Below are positions 11,373 through 24,400 of a stretch of DNA of 64,000 bases, in pieces. Numbering within the stretch: the first letter of the stretch is position 1; the number at the start of each line of letters is the position of its first letter. Made by a program: the position numbers and the translations under genes. A model generated the notes under the pieces. The model was not told where the DNA came from, did no database searches, and saw only the letters and a program-made list of their open reading frames with translations. The DNA is from a virus (lineage: Duplodnaviria; Caudoviricetes), in the IMG/VR virus record IMGVR_UViG_3300033463_000095, positions 8,017 through 72,016 of that record; one strand, given 5' to 3'.

Positions 11373-12821
11373 ATGGGTAGTGCAATTGGAAATTATGTGC
11401 ATTTACTTGGAAAAAATTATGAAAAATCTGGAACTTCTATGTATGGTACTGAAGGTGGAATGAGCCTTTCAACAGCGATTGCCGCACAACATGAATTAAT
11501 ACAAAATAAAATTCAAGAATATGAACAAATCAACAATCTTTCTTTATATAGACTACAAAATAAGATAAATAAATTGATTAAATTAATGGGTTCTAATGAA
11601 TCTAGTAATAATAAAGGTTTAAGTGGAGAGCAAGTTAGACAATTTTTAGAGCAAGTTATGAATGAAGAATTTGATAATTTACAAACATTAGATTTTAAAA
11701 CTGGTTCTGTTAAAGAAACTGGTGGTAAAGGAAGTAAAGATAGAGGAATATTTAAAGATCCTAGCAAATATAAAAATTGAAGAAAAGCACTTGTAGCAAG
11801 AGTTAATCAATTAAATAAAATATTACATGATTTAGAACAGCAGGCTAATGAAAATAACGATGGGGTTAAAATGGAAGAATATGGTGTAGCTATTGATAAA
11901 TTATCAACACTTTTAAATGATACTTATCAAAAAACTTGAGAAAGCATATCTCAAACAGGTTTTAGAGTTAGCCAAAAGAAAACTCAAAATCTAATAAAAG
12001 AATTAAATGAATTAATTAAAACCTATGCAGCAATGCCTGCTATTAGTTTGCAAAATGGAACTTTTTTTGAAAATATACTTCAATTAATTCCTCAAATGGC
12101 AAATGATGAGGTTGATAAAGCTATATTTGAAGCTGCAGGAAAAGGACAGGATCAATTAAAAGTAAGTTATAATCAATCTGCTTTTGCTTCACAATTAAAT
12201 GGTCAAAAAAAATTTGATGAAATGATTCAAACAGTTAAAACTTCTCAAGGTAAAATAGATGTAAGTTTTAAATGAGAAGAAAAAGATTTAAATATTTCTG
12301 CAAAAAATTTAGATATTAGTACAAAAGGATATAAGTATATATCTACAGTTACTGATAGTCCTTTAATTTATTTATTGCAAGATGCTAATCCAAGTTTTGT
12401 TAATCATTATTTAAATATATATAGTAATCATATCGATAAAAAAAGTATGAATTCTAATTTAGCAAGTCAAAAAAGTGCTATACAAGATGTCATGAGATTA
12501 ACTCTTGCTTATAAAGGATTAACTGGAGATACTTATGGAAGACATGATTTTAAAACTAATGTATTTATAGTTAATGATTATACGGGTAAAAAAAGTAATA
12601 ATATAAGAGTTATTTCTATTTATACCTTATTAAATAGAATGAATAAAACTAATTCTAGTGATTTGTTTGTAACTAATAATGTTTGAAATATGTATGCTAA
12701 TAAAAAAGTTACTGGTTATCCAAGCACAGCAAAATGAGAAAGAATTGGAAAGATTATCCAAGAAATGCATGATAGAAAAATAAGAACATCTTTCCATAGT
12801 AAATTACTTGACATTCAATAA
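11373..12821 (+). CDS. Hypothetical protein (~482 aa, five TGA=Trp)
   Basis: ORFs 11364-11780, 12033-12275 and 12375-12686 are one frame joined by TGA. Ends TAA 12819-12821. Confidence 0.7.
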
Positions 12822-12836
12822 AAATTTTGATATAAT
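12808..12836 (+). promoter_or_regulatory. Perfect sigma70/sigmaA consensus promoter
   Basis: TTGACA 12808-12813, 17 nt, TATAAT 12831-12836. Confidence 0.85.
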
Positions 12837-12869
12837 ATTATAAAGAAAGAGAAAAAAGGAGATGTAACA

Positions 12870-13403
12870 ATGGAAAAGGTTACTTACGCAAGTTTAAAAT
12901 TAAAAAATAAAATTGAAACTGAAAAATTTGATTTTAATGGTCATCAAATTGAAGTACTACAATATTTGCCTATTGAAGATAAATATAGTTTAATAAATAT
13001 TACTTTACAAAAAGCAAAAGAAGGTAGTATTTACAATCCAGTTAAAATTGACCATTTTTTTCATTTAAATTTAATTTATATGTATAGTAATATTACTTTT
13101 ACAGATAAGCAAAGAGAAGATGAAGCTAAATTATATGATATATTGGTTACTAATGGATTAAGAGATGCTATTATTAGTAAAATACCTGAAAGTGAATATG
13201 AAACATTATTTAGTTTTATGAACGATTTAATGGCAGATACTTTAAATTATAAAAATGGTATTAGTGGAGTTATTTCTGAGTTAGTTAATTCGTTACCAGA
13301 AAGAGCTGAAGAAATGCAAAAAATAGTTGATAATTTTGATAAGAACAAATTTCAAGAAGTAATTAATTTTGCTAAGGCGGCAAATGGTGGAAGAGATATT
13401 TAA
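12870..13403 (+). CDS. Hypothetical protein (tail-chaperone position, own sigmaA promoter)
   Basis: Intact 177-aa ORF with an AAGGAG RBS, directly before the tape measure gene. Confidence 0.7.
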   Translation: MEKVTYASLKLKNKIETEKFDFNGHQIEVLQYLPIEDKYSLINITLQKAKEGSIYNPVKIDHFFHLNLIYMYSNITFTDKQREDEAKLYDILVTNGLRDAIISKIPESEYETLFSFMNDLMADTLNYKNGISGVISELVNSLPERAEEMQKIVDNFDKNKFQEVINFAKAANGGRDI

Positions 13404-13411
13404 TTTAGCAA

Positions 13412-13453
13412 GGTCAAATTAAATTAATTTAAATCCCTTTTTATTGATATATC
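13412..13453 (+). promoter_or_regulatory. Phage-specific promoter motif GGTCAAA-N29-TATATC (weaker -10)
   Basis: GGTCAAA 13412-13418, 29 nt, TATATC. Upstream of the tape measure gene; overlaps a hairpin. Confidence 0.5.
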
Positions 13454-13470
13454 AATAATAAAAGGGATTT
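13431..13470. terminator. Long AT-rich hairpin/possible bidirectional terminator
   Basis: AAATCCCTTTTTATTGATA...ATCAATAATAAAAGGGATTT inverted repeat. Confidence 0.55.
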
Positions 13471-13512
13471 TTTATTTTGTAATAAAAATAAAAAAGGAGG
13501 AAAAGGATTATT

Positions 13513-16500
13513 ATGGCTGATAGACAAATTAAATATGAAATTGATGTCGAGTTAAAAAGAGACTCTTTCGAAAAAATTAAAAAAAGTTTATTAGATTTAA
13601 ATAAAACTTTAACAGGAAATATAAATAAAGCAAGTCCTATTCGAGATATGTATAATTTATTAGACAAGTCTTGAAATAAAAAATTGGATCAATTAGATTT
13701 AAGTAAAATTTACGGAGAAATAAATAAAAGTGGACAATCTTTATTAGATTTTAAAAAATCTTTAGAATCTATGGGACCTGCAGGGGCTCAAGCTTATAAT
13801 GATTTTAGTCGAGCTGTTTTAAATACAAATTTACATCTTTCTGAAGGTAGTAAATTATTAGATAATATGGCAGATACTATGGCTAAGACTGTTAAGTGGG
13901 GTATTGCTTCTCGTATAATGAATAACATGGTTGGTTCAATAGAGAAAGCATGAAGTTTTAGTGTTAAATTAGATTCGTCATTAAATGATATTAGAATAGT
14001 TACTGGTAAAAGCGCAGATGAAATGGAGCGTTTTGCGGTAACAGCTAATAAAGCTGCAAAAGCATTAGGTGCTAGTACAAGAGATTATACAGAAGCATCT
14101 TTAATTTATTATCAACAAGGTTTAACAGATCAAGAGGCTCAAAGAAGGGCGGAAATCACTCTTAAAGCAGCTAATGTTACAGGTCAATCTGCACAAGAGG
14201 TATCTGAACAATTAACTGCAGTATGGAATGGTTATAATGTCGCTCTTGGAGAAACAGAAGAATATGTAGATAAATTAGCGGCAGTTGCTGCAAGTACAGC
14301 TGCTGATCTAGAAGAGTTATCTACTGGTATGAGCAAAGTAGCATCTGCTGCCGCAACTATGGGTGTAGACATTGACCAATTAAATGCTCAATTAGCTACT
14401 ATTGTTTCTGTTACTAGACAAGCTCCTGAATCTGTTGGTACTGCTTTAAGAACAATTTATGCTCGTATGGGTGATATTAAAGCAGGACTTGATGAAGAAA
14501 CCACTCTTGGTAATTATACATCTAAGATGGCTCAATTAGGAGTTAATGTTTTAGATGCGAATGGTAATTTAAGAGAAATGGGAGATGTTGTTGAAGAAAT
14601 TGGTAATAAATGAAATGATTTAACTAATGAACAACAAGTCGCTCTTGCTCAAACAATGGCTGGTACTAGACAATATAATAATTTGTTAGCATTATTTAAT
14701 AATTGAGATATGTACACAAAAGCTTTAAATACTTCTGCAAATGCTGCAGGTACTTTACAAAAACAACAAGATATTTATATGGAAAGTACTGAAGCTCATT
14801 TACAACAAATGAGAACCGAAGCAGAAAAAACATATGATATATTATTTGATACAAAAACAGTAAATAGTTTTATTGATGCTTTTACAGGACTTAATAGCGT
14901 ATTTAATACGTTTTTAAAAGGTCTTGGCGGAGGAATGAATGATTTTGTTTATTTTGGTTCACTTTTAACCAATATCTTTAATAAACAAATTGCAGGTGGA
15001 ATTGAAAATTCAATTCAAAAATTAAGAAACTTTAATGATAATAAAAAAACTATAGAGTTATTTGAGAACATAGTTAAAGAAGGTAAGGCTGGATATACAG
15101 ATGAGAATGGCCAAATGATATATGATATTACTGAGGCTGAAGCTGCAGATTTTGAACGTGCCAGTCAACTATTAAAATTACAAAGAAGTATAAAAAACGA
15201 AGATTTTAATAGACTAAATACTTTAAGACAACAAATTTTTGCGTATGATGAAATTCTTGAAAAAAGAGCTCTTGAAGATGGTATTGGTAGTGACATTACT
15301 AAAAAATTAGCTGATGAACTTGCTTCTTTAACGAACAAAAGAGAATTAATAACAGACGTTACTCAAAAAGAATTGTTAAATACAGAAGCTGCAAAAGAAC
15401 GAATTGCTATTTTGTTAGAAAGTAAAGCCAGTGAATTACAAAAAGTACAATTAAAAACTTTAAATGAAAAACTTGATAAGGGAGAAATTTTAACTGAAGA
15501 AGAAATACAAAAATTATTAAAAATTCAAGAAGAAATAAAAATTAAATTATTACATTTAGAAGAACAAAAATCAAAAGCATTAGAAATATCTAAGGAACAT
15601 GAAGAAGATGAAACCGCTGCAATTCAATATCGAAGAGATGCGCTTCAAAAGGAATATGAAGATGAAACAAAAATTAAATTTGAGGCTCAAGAAATAGGAG
15701 ATATTGTTAAAGGAATTTCTATAGCAACTCAATTGTGAGTTTCAGGAACTGGGATAGTAAAAACACTTTTTGATGATACTTTAACAGCAGGAGAAAAGCT
15801 TTCTCAAATATTTAGTGTACTTTCTTCAAGTTTAATAACAATAGCATTACATGCAAAAGATTTTAAAGAGATTGGAGCTTCTTTTGTAAAAGTATTTGCT
15901 AAAATAGGAATAGAAGGAATGGTTGCGGTTGCAGCTATTACTGCAATGGTAGGAATTTTTGTTTTAGTTACTGATGCTATAAAAGAAAGTCAAAGAGAAA
16001 TTGAAAAACTTGAACAAGCCACAAAATCTTTTGCTGACCAAGCAGAAAAGTTAAAAAATGAAGCTAAAGAAATAAAAGACACTTTTGATAAATATACTTC
16101 TATAGAAAAAACTTTAGAATCTTGTGCTGAGGGCTCTGAAGCTTGAAATAAAGCTATTGAAGAGCTTAATAAAAATATTTTAGAATTAACTCAAAAATAT
16201 CCTGATTTATTAAAAGTGCAAAATTTGTTTACTAGAGATAGTTCTACAAATGCTTTATTGGTAAATAAAGATACTCTAAATAATTATCTTGCTGAGTTGA
16301 ATAATCAGGAAAGAATTTCTCAAATTGCAAGTTTATCTAGTGGAGCAAAAGCAAAACAACTAAAAACTGAAAGTTCTAGAGAAAATTTATTAGATAGAAT
16401 AATAAATAGTATAGCTTCAACAGAAATAAGTTCGAATATACTTTTTGGAGGGAAAAAATTTACTCAAGAAGAATTTAATGACACTAGAGAAAATTTAAAT

Positions 16501-19500
16501 AAAAATTTATCTAGTTTATCTAATTTAACTCAAGAAGAATATAAGCAACAATTAGAAAAAATAGGTATTGATAAAAAATATATAGATAATTTAATAAAAT
16601 ATCAATCTCAAATAGATTTATTAATACAAAGTACAAATGATGTTTCGAACTCTTTAAAAAATACAGCTACTTTAATAGCTGAAACAGATCTTGGAGCTTG
16701 AACATCAGAAACAGAAAAACAAATTTATTCAAGTAAATATTTACAAAATTATAATGAAATAAGAGAAAACACTATAAAAGAAATAAATTCATTAAATAGA
16801 GTTTTTACTGATACAAATAAGGTTGCGGATTTAATAAAAAGATATAATGCAGCTATGGGAACAAATTATGAAATGGCTCAAGGTGGAAATTTTGTAAAAT
16901 ATGGGGGAGCTAATAGACAAATTTTAGTTCAAAATGGTGAACAGACTCAATATTTTACAAGAGAAGAACTTGCTTCTGGAATTGCTGCGGGCGAAGCTAG
17001 AAGTGGTATTGGTAAATTAAAAATAGATGAAATAGCACAAGAATTTAATCAAAAAATATCTAATAATATAGAAGGAATTTCAGAATTATTAGCAGATCAA
17101 ATTCTTTCAAGAACTTTTACATCAAAATCTTTAAATGAAAGTACTTATAATTTAATAAAAGATAATATAGATAATATTGATAATCTTTTTTCAGATTCAG
17201 ATTGAGAACAAATGGGATATTTAGGTCAAGAATGGGCAAATAATATTCGAGAACAATTTAAAAATAATTGAAATCAAGAAGAATATCAAAATTTCATTAA
17301 AGAACAATTTGAAAGTTCTTTATCTGCTGCAAGCGCATTAGCAAAAGAAAAATATAATTTTGATGAAAAAGATTTTGAAAACTATGGTCGATATATTGCA
17401 GAAATAGCAGATGAGTCTGAAGAATTGGCAGATGCCTTAGAAAAAGATGGTCAAGCTACAGGAATTGTCGTTCAAAGTATAATGAGAATGAATAAAGGTA
17501 TCGAAGATCTTGCTAAAGGAATTGAAAATTGGTTAGATATTTTAAAAAATAGTACCAAAGAATCTTATGAATATTGAGAAGCTTTAGATGGAATAAGAAA
17601 AAGTTTAGCAAATATATTAGATATTGAAGAAGATTTAATTGATTATAAATTTATTGTTGGCGATGAAAATACTGAAGGACATCTTGATGATATTACATTA
17701 GCTGCAGAGGGTAATGCAGAAGCAATAGAAAGATTAAGAGATGCTTATGCAGATCAAGTAATATTAGATATTGCAGCAAATATGGATTTTACAGATGAAA
17801 GTATTAAAACAACAAAAGAAAAAATGGTTGAAGCAATAAATGATATTCAAGCACAAATTCCTAATATAGATATTGGACCAGTAAATGATGAAGACTTCAT
17901 TAATTCTTTGCAAGCAATTATCGACAATGCTAATATGACAGTTGAAGATGCTAACACAATGTTTTCTGCGTTAGGTTTTCAAGCTGAATATCAAGAGGAT
18001 AACCAACAAACCACTTCTACAGTTCCTGTTTATACAACATATGAAAAAATCAATGAAACCCCAAAAGATGATAAGGGAGAAGAAATTCCTGGATATAGAG
18101 CTAAAAAAAGTACTTTTACAGTTCAAACAGATACTGTCACTTTACCTGGATCTATAGCTAGTTATTCAATGGGAGTTACTACTAATGATGGTAAAAATGT
18201 TAGAAAGCCTCAAATTAAAAAATTAATTAAAAAAGGTACTGGAGCTTCTAATAATTATTCTTCTAGAAATGCTGGAGGCGGTAGCCCAGGAAAATCAAGT
18301 GGTGGTAGCGGTGGAGGCGGAGGTTCTTCTAAACAGCCTAACACAATTGATCCAATTGAAAAAGAAAAAGATAGATATCATGATGTAAATATTCAATTAA
18401 AACAAATAAGTAATGAATTAAATAAATTAGATAAACAAAAAGATAAATTGTTTGGTGATGATTTAATTGAGAATTTAAATAAACAGCTAGAATATTTAAA
18501 TCAACAAATAGATACCACTAATGAAAAAATGAAAATTGCGGAAGGTGAAGCTCAAGAATTACAAGGTAAGCTTGCTGCAAGTGGTGTTACATTTAATCCA
18601 GATGGAACTATAAGTAATTATGCCCAAGCATATCAAGCTCAATTAAATTATGTAAATGGAATTATTAATCAATATAATTCAATGGGAGCTGAAGCTCAAG
18701 AAGGCTTTAAAGATACTGTTGAAAATGCAAAAGAAAATTTTGAAAAATTTATTGATAATATTAATAGATATGATGAAGTTATTACTGATTTAATACCAGG
18801 TCTTGCCGCAGATATCCAAGATGCTGTTGATAAACAAATTGATATTCAAATTGAAGAATTTGATATGGAAATTGAAATTCGTTTAGACATGGCTGAGGCG
18901 GAAAGAGATTGAAATGAATTTAAAAAGAAAATAATTGATGGTATAAAAGATGATGATATATTAGGCAATGCAATGGCTAAATTAGTAGATTTCTCTTCTT
19001 ATTATAAAGAAGATGATACTGGTGCAGCTCAAGCATTAAGAAAACAAATTGATAATACATTAAAAGAATTATCTCAAATGGATGAAACTGGAACATCTAG
19101 AGTTTATGGTGATAATAGAACTGCTGCTCTTGAAGATTTAAAGAAATATTATGATGAATTAAGAAAACAAATGCAAGATATTTTAAAACTTCAAGAAGAA
19201 ATTCATAAATCTTATATTGACATGATGAATGAAGCGCAAGAAAAATTTGATGAACAAGTTAAATCATATGAAATGATTAGTAAATTAGTTGAACATGATA
19301 AAAAAGTTATTTCAATGGTTTATGGCGAAGATGCTTATCGCCAATTAAGTGCTTTTTATGATAAGCAAGAATTAAATTATAAAGCTCAATTAGATTTCCA
19401 AAAACAACAAGTTGAATTCTGAAAAGAACAAATGGAAGCTGCGGAAGCCGGTTCTGAAGCGTGGGACGAAGCCAAGGAGAAATGGGCGGCCGCAACAGAA

Positions 19501-21378
19501 GAATTAAACAGTTTAATTGAAACTTCTATTGAAAATCTAGAAGATAAATATTTAAATGCAATAAATGCTATATTCCAAGATTTAAATAATAAAGTTACTA
19601 GTGGAGCTGGACTTGATTATGTAGAAGAAGAGTGAAATTTAATAAATAAAAATGCAGAACAATACTTAGATAATATTAATAGATTATATGGTATTCAAGC
19701 ATTAGAAAATAAATATTTAGATGCAATTAATGATAATGATAATATTGCCGCACAAAGACAACTTAAGAGAATAATGGATGAAGAACTTAAAGCCCTTCGT
19801 GAAAGAGATAAATTAACAGAATATGATATTGAAAGAGCAAATAAGAAATATGAAATTGCATTAAAACAAATTGCCTTAGAAGAAGCTCAACAAAATAAAA
19901 CACAATTAAGATTAAGAAGAGATACTCAAGGTAATTATAGATATGAATTTATAAGTGACATTGATCAAGTTAATCAATTACAAAACGATTTAGATGATTT
20001 GTATAATTCATTATATAATTTTGATAAAGAAAATTATGCAGATAATTTAAATCAATTATATGATGTATGAAAAGAATTCCAAGATAAAATGGCGGAAGCC
20101 GCACAAATTAATGATCCTCAAGCAAGAGCTGAAAGAGAGTTATTAATACAACAACAATATAGTGATTTAATAAATGGATTAGTTGAACAAAATGAAACTA
20201 TTCGTAGTAATTTATATGATTCTGCTTTTGAAGATTTAGCTAGATTATATGATAAAGATAAAAACAACTTCCTACAAATGACTCAAGCTGAACAAGATGC
20301 AATAATGAATGATTTAATTCCTTATTGAGACGCGGGAGTTCAACATATGGCTGATGTATTTGCAGGCGAAGGTGGATTTATTCCAACTTGTGAAGATGCT
20401 ATTGATGAACTTCATGAGGCTACTAAAGAGTATGAAGATGGATTAAAAGAAGTTGAAAATACTGCTGATATTAGTTTTGATAATATTGGTAATGGTATTG
20501 ATGATGTAATTGATAAAACTCAAGAACTATTAAAAGATAATAATGATTTAATTGATAGTTATAAAGAAGAAATGGATGCTATTGGTGGAGTTGTTAATGA
20601 ATTAGATAATTTAGTTAATAAGTACCAAGAAAGCGCGGACGCCGCTAAGGCAGCGGAGAAGGCAGCTTATGATTATTGAAGTGAACAACAACGTCAAGCA
20701 GCAGAGGCCGCCGCAAGAGATCAAGCTGAAAAAGAACGTAAAGCCGCAGAAGAAGCAGCTAAGAAAGCAGCAGAACAACCTGCTCCAGCACCGGTTGCCG
20801 CAGCTCCAAGTTATAGTAGTGGCGGAGATGGTCAATTAAATATTGGTGATACTGTTACATTTAGTGGAACTTATTATGCTACTTCGTATGGTGAAGGTTC
20901 AAGTGGTTCATTATATTCAGGTGTAGCTCAAGGAGTTATAGTTGATAGAATTAATGGAAATCCATTTGGTGTACATATTCACAGTGCTGATGGTAGATAT
21001 CCTGCATTAGGTTGGGTTAGACGTTCTCAACTATCTGGATATGATACTGGAGGTTATACTGGTGAATGAGGTAATTCTGGTCGTCTAGCTTTATTACATC
21101 AAAAAGAATTAGTATTAAATCAACAAGATACTAGAAATTTATTAAATGCAGTTAATATAATGAGAACAATTACTAATACTATTGGTAGCAAAGTATTAGA
21201 TAGATTAGCTACTATAAGTGCAAATAATGGATTTAATGGTGGAGTTGGTGGAGTATTAGATCAAAATGTTAATATTCAAGCAACATTCCCTAATGTAAGA
21301 GACCATAATGAAATAGAAGAAGCCTTAAATAATTTAGTTAATCGTGCTTCACAATTTGTACAAAACAAAGAGAGATAA
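13513..21378 (+). CDS. Tail tape measure protein (2621 aa, at least 17 in-frame TGA=Trp)
   Basis: Thirteen track ORFs from 13684 to 21378 share one frame separated by TGA. N-terminal TP901-like tape-measure region (LDSSLNDIRIVTG...EQLTAVWNGY...LRTIYARM), long coiled coils, C-terminal GYDTGGYTGE-W...LLHQKELVLN. Confidence 0.9.
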
Positions 21379-21400
21379 ATTTAATTATCTCTCTCTTTTT
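21369..21400 (+). terminator. Intrinsic terminator after the tape measure gene
   Basis: AGAGAGATAA...TTATCTCTCT stem followed by a T run. Confidence 0.75.
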
Positions 21401-21404
21401 ATTT

Positions 21405-21446
21405 GGTCTAATTTAAATAAGATAGAATAATAAAAATTCATATAAA
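21405..21446 (+). promoter_or_regulatory. Phage-specific promoter motif GGTCTAA-N29-TATAAA
   Basis: GGTCTAA 21405-21411, 29 nt, TATAAA 21441-21446, directly after a terminator. Confidence 0.6.
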
Positions 21447-21470
21447 TTAAGAAAATTGGAGAAAAAGGAG

Positions 21471-24400
21471 ATGGAAGAAAATATGTATGAAAATAAAATA
21501 TTAGACGCCATTCAAATGCTAGTAGATAATGCTATTGATAAAGCAAGTTTCGATAAAACTATTAGAGGTGTTATTTCTAAATGCGTAGATGAAAAGAATG
21601 GTAAATATGTAGTTATTTATCAAGATAGTTCTTTTTATGCGTATAGTACAGATACTAGCCAAATTTATAGTGCGGGAACTCCTGTATATGTTTTAGTACC
21701 TCGAAACGATATGAAACAAACTAAAACTATTATTGGTTCAGTTAATAAACTTGGTTCTGATTACATTAATACTATTGAAAGTACTGATAGATATGAAGTT
21801 ATTGGTAATTCAGTAGCTACTTTAGATTCAGAACAAGGGGTTTGTTCTTATAAAGTTGATGGAGATGCTTTAATTCTATATGATAAAACTGCAGTTAGTT
21901 CAATAGTAGATATTGATACAGTTGCGGCAACCACTTATATAAAACAAGCTAAATACTTAACTTTAGGTGGAGAATTTAGAACAGCTTTAGCAAAAGAGCA
22001 AAGATATAAAGGTAATTATGGATTAGGTTTTGATATTAATTTTACAGATAATATGACTAATGAAACTGTTAAAAGAACATATTTAGTTGATGTAAATAAT
22101 ATGTTAGGTAATCCTTATGAATATACAAAAGCAAGTAATCAAAAAGTAGTATTTGACATTGATGGTGCTAATTTTGTTGATATAGATAAAATTTATTTAT
22201 TTTGTTATGACTTCCCTGTTACAACTGCGGAAACGAAACCAGACGATATATTCGTGGTTAATCTTACTTTAGAGGCAGCCGCCGCGCTTACAGATGATGA
22301 ATTAGCAGGAAATAAATTAACTTTAATAACTCCTCAAGGAATCTATTTTAGTAATAATGACAGTATCACATCTAGCAGAAAAATTGACACAGAGGTTAAA
22401 ATAGATAACAAAGTGGTTAACAAAGATTCGAGTCTTTTAAAATATTTTTGATTTAAAGAGAATTATAGTATAAATACATCTAGTCTATTGTATAATAGAT
22501 ATGGTGGTAATGGTTGGGAATGTTTAAATGAATATAATATAGTTGAAACTGATGGTAATAATAATCCAACTTTAATAGATTGAATAACTAATCAATCTAG
22601 TTATCTCATAAGAAAAAGTAATACAATAGCGAGAGAGACTGATTACAAGTGTGTAGTTTCTTACAATAATGAAATTGTATTAACTAAAAAATTTACTGTT
22701 TATAATTATAGTTCTAATTATATTGTAACCATTGATTCAGATAGTGGAACTTATTTTTCTTATGATAATGGACGTCCTACATTAACATGTACAGTTAATC
22801 AAATTGGTAGTTATGAGTATGTTTGAGGTATGATGAATGGCGGAGGCGCTTTTACTCCAATTCAAGAAACTACAACTACAAATACGGCATATCATACTGC
22901 CGCAGATAGATATACTGAGTTAGAAACTGGTTTAAGAAATGGAACTATTGTATTAACTTCAGCAATTCAACAAGAGTTTAGTGATTTAAAATATACTTTA
23001 GAACAATATAATAATGATATTATGAGAGTAGAAGATAATGTTATTTATAATTTAAAATTAAATATGATAACTAATTTTGCTACTTTTGTATGTTCAGTTT
23101 ATAATAATGGAGCTTATATTGGTAAAGGCTCTATTAAAATAGAAAACGATTTAAATACTAGTGATAATAGTTATACTTTAATAATTAATAATGGAGACCA
23201 AGTATTTAAATATAATGGAGATGGAATTTCTCCAACTAGTAGATCATTAGATAAGCCTCAAGAATTATATCCATTATCTTTTACTTTATATGATGAAAAA
23301 GGTAATGAGATTAGTAATGATGTAATAAACGCAGATAAGGTATATTGGACAGTACCTACTTCTGATACTATGATTAAAGTATCTGCAGTTCATGGTAATC
23401 CAAGTGAAGTTGATGAGTATGCGGAAACTGCTACTTATACAGGCTATAAATCATTTAATTTTGAAATACCTGTATTATACACTGCTAATAAAACAAGAAA
23501 CACAATTCAATTAAAAGTTAAATATAAAAATAAAATAGTAGTTGCTAATACTGAATTAATGTTCTTAAAAGAAGGTGAGTCAGGTTCTAATGGTACTGAT
23601 TTTATATGTAGAATTGTACCTAATACAATAGATGGAGCTATACCTCCTTTATATCCAATAGTAACTTGAAATAATAATGCGGCAGCTGGTGCTACTAACC
23701 CAGTAATTAACTTTACACCTCGAACTAGTGGAGTATGGTTTAAGGCTCAATTATATCATAATGGTAGTGAAATATTCGATAGTCCTGTTTCTGGACCTAC
23801 AACTGAAGATAAAAATGTCATACTTAAATGGGAAATGATAAAAAACAAATATGATACAACTCATTCAGATGTATCTAATTTTAATGTTAATAGTTCTACT
23901 GGAGTTTTTAGTTATGATAATTTAGATAATATTACAAATGAAACTTTAAAATCTAATCCTGTAAATATAGTTAAATGTACTTTGACTTATGATGAAATTG
24001 ATTATGTTGCGACAATACCTATTATACTAGTTAAAGTTAATAATAGTGGAAGTGCACAATATAAGGTTGAATTAATTGAAAATACAGGATTTAGATATGC
24101 GATGTATACAACCGACGGCCGCACTCCTATTTATGATAATTCTAATCCATTTGCATTAAAGGTTATACAAACAGTTGAAAATACTGACCAAGATATTAGT
24201 ATAAATACATTAACTGATTATGCTGTTGATTATAATTGAAGTGTAAAAGGTTTAATTTATGCTAATGATTGAGAAACTCAATCAAATTTAATTTTAGATA
24301 CTTTACGTTCTAGAAATTTACAAAGAAATGAAAAATATTATAAACCTGTTGATAATTTTAATGGTTTATGTTTAAGTAATGCATTATTTTGTGATATTAA

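Noticed and set aside
12870-13513. Programmed frameshift tail-chaperone pair before the tape measure gene
   Set aside because: No second overlapping ORF; the gene is followed by a hairpin and a new promoter.
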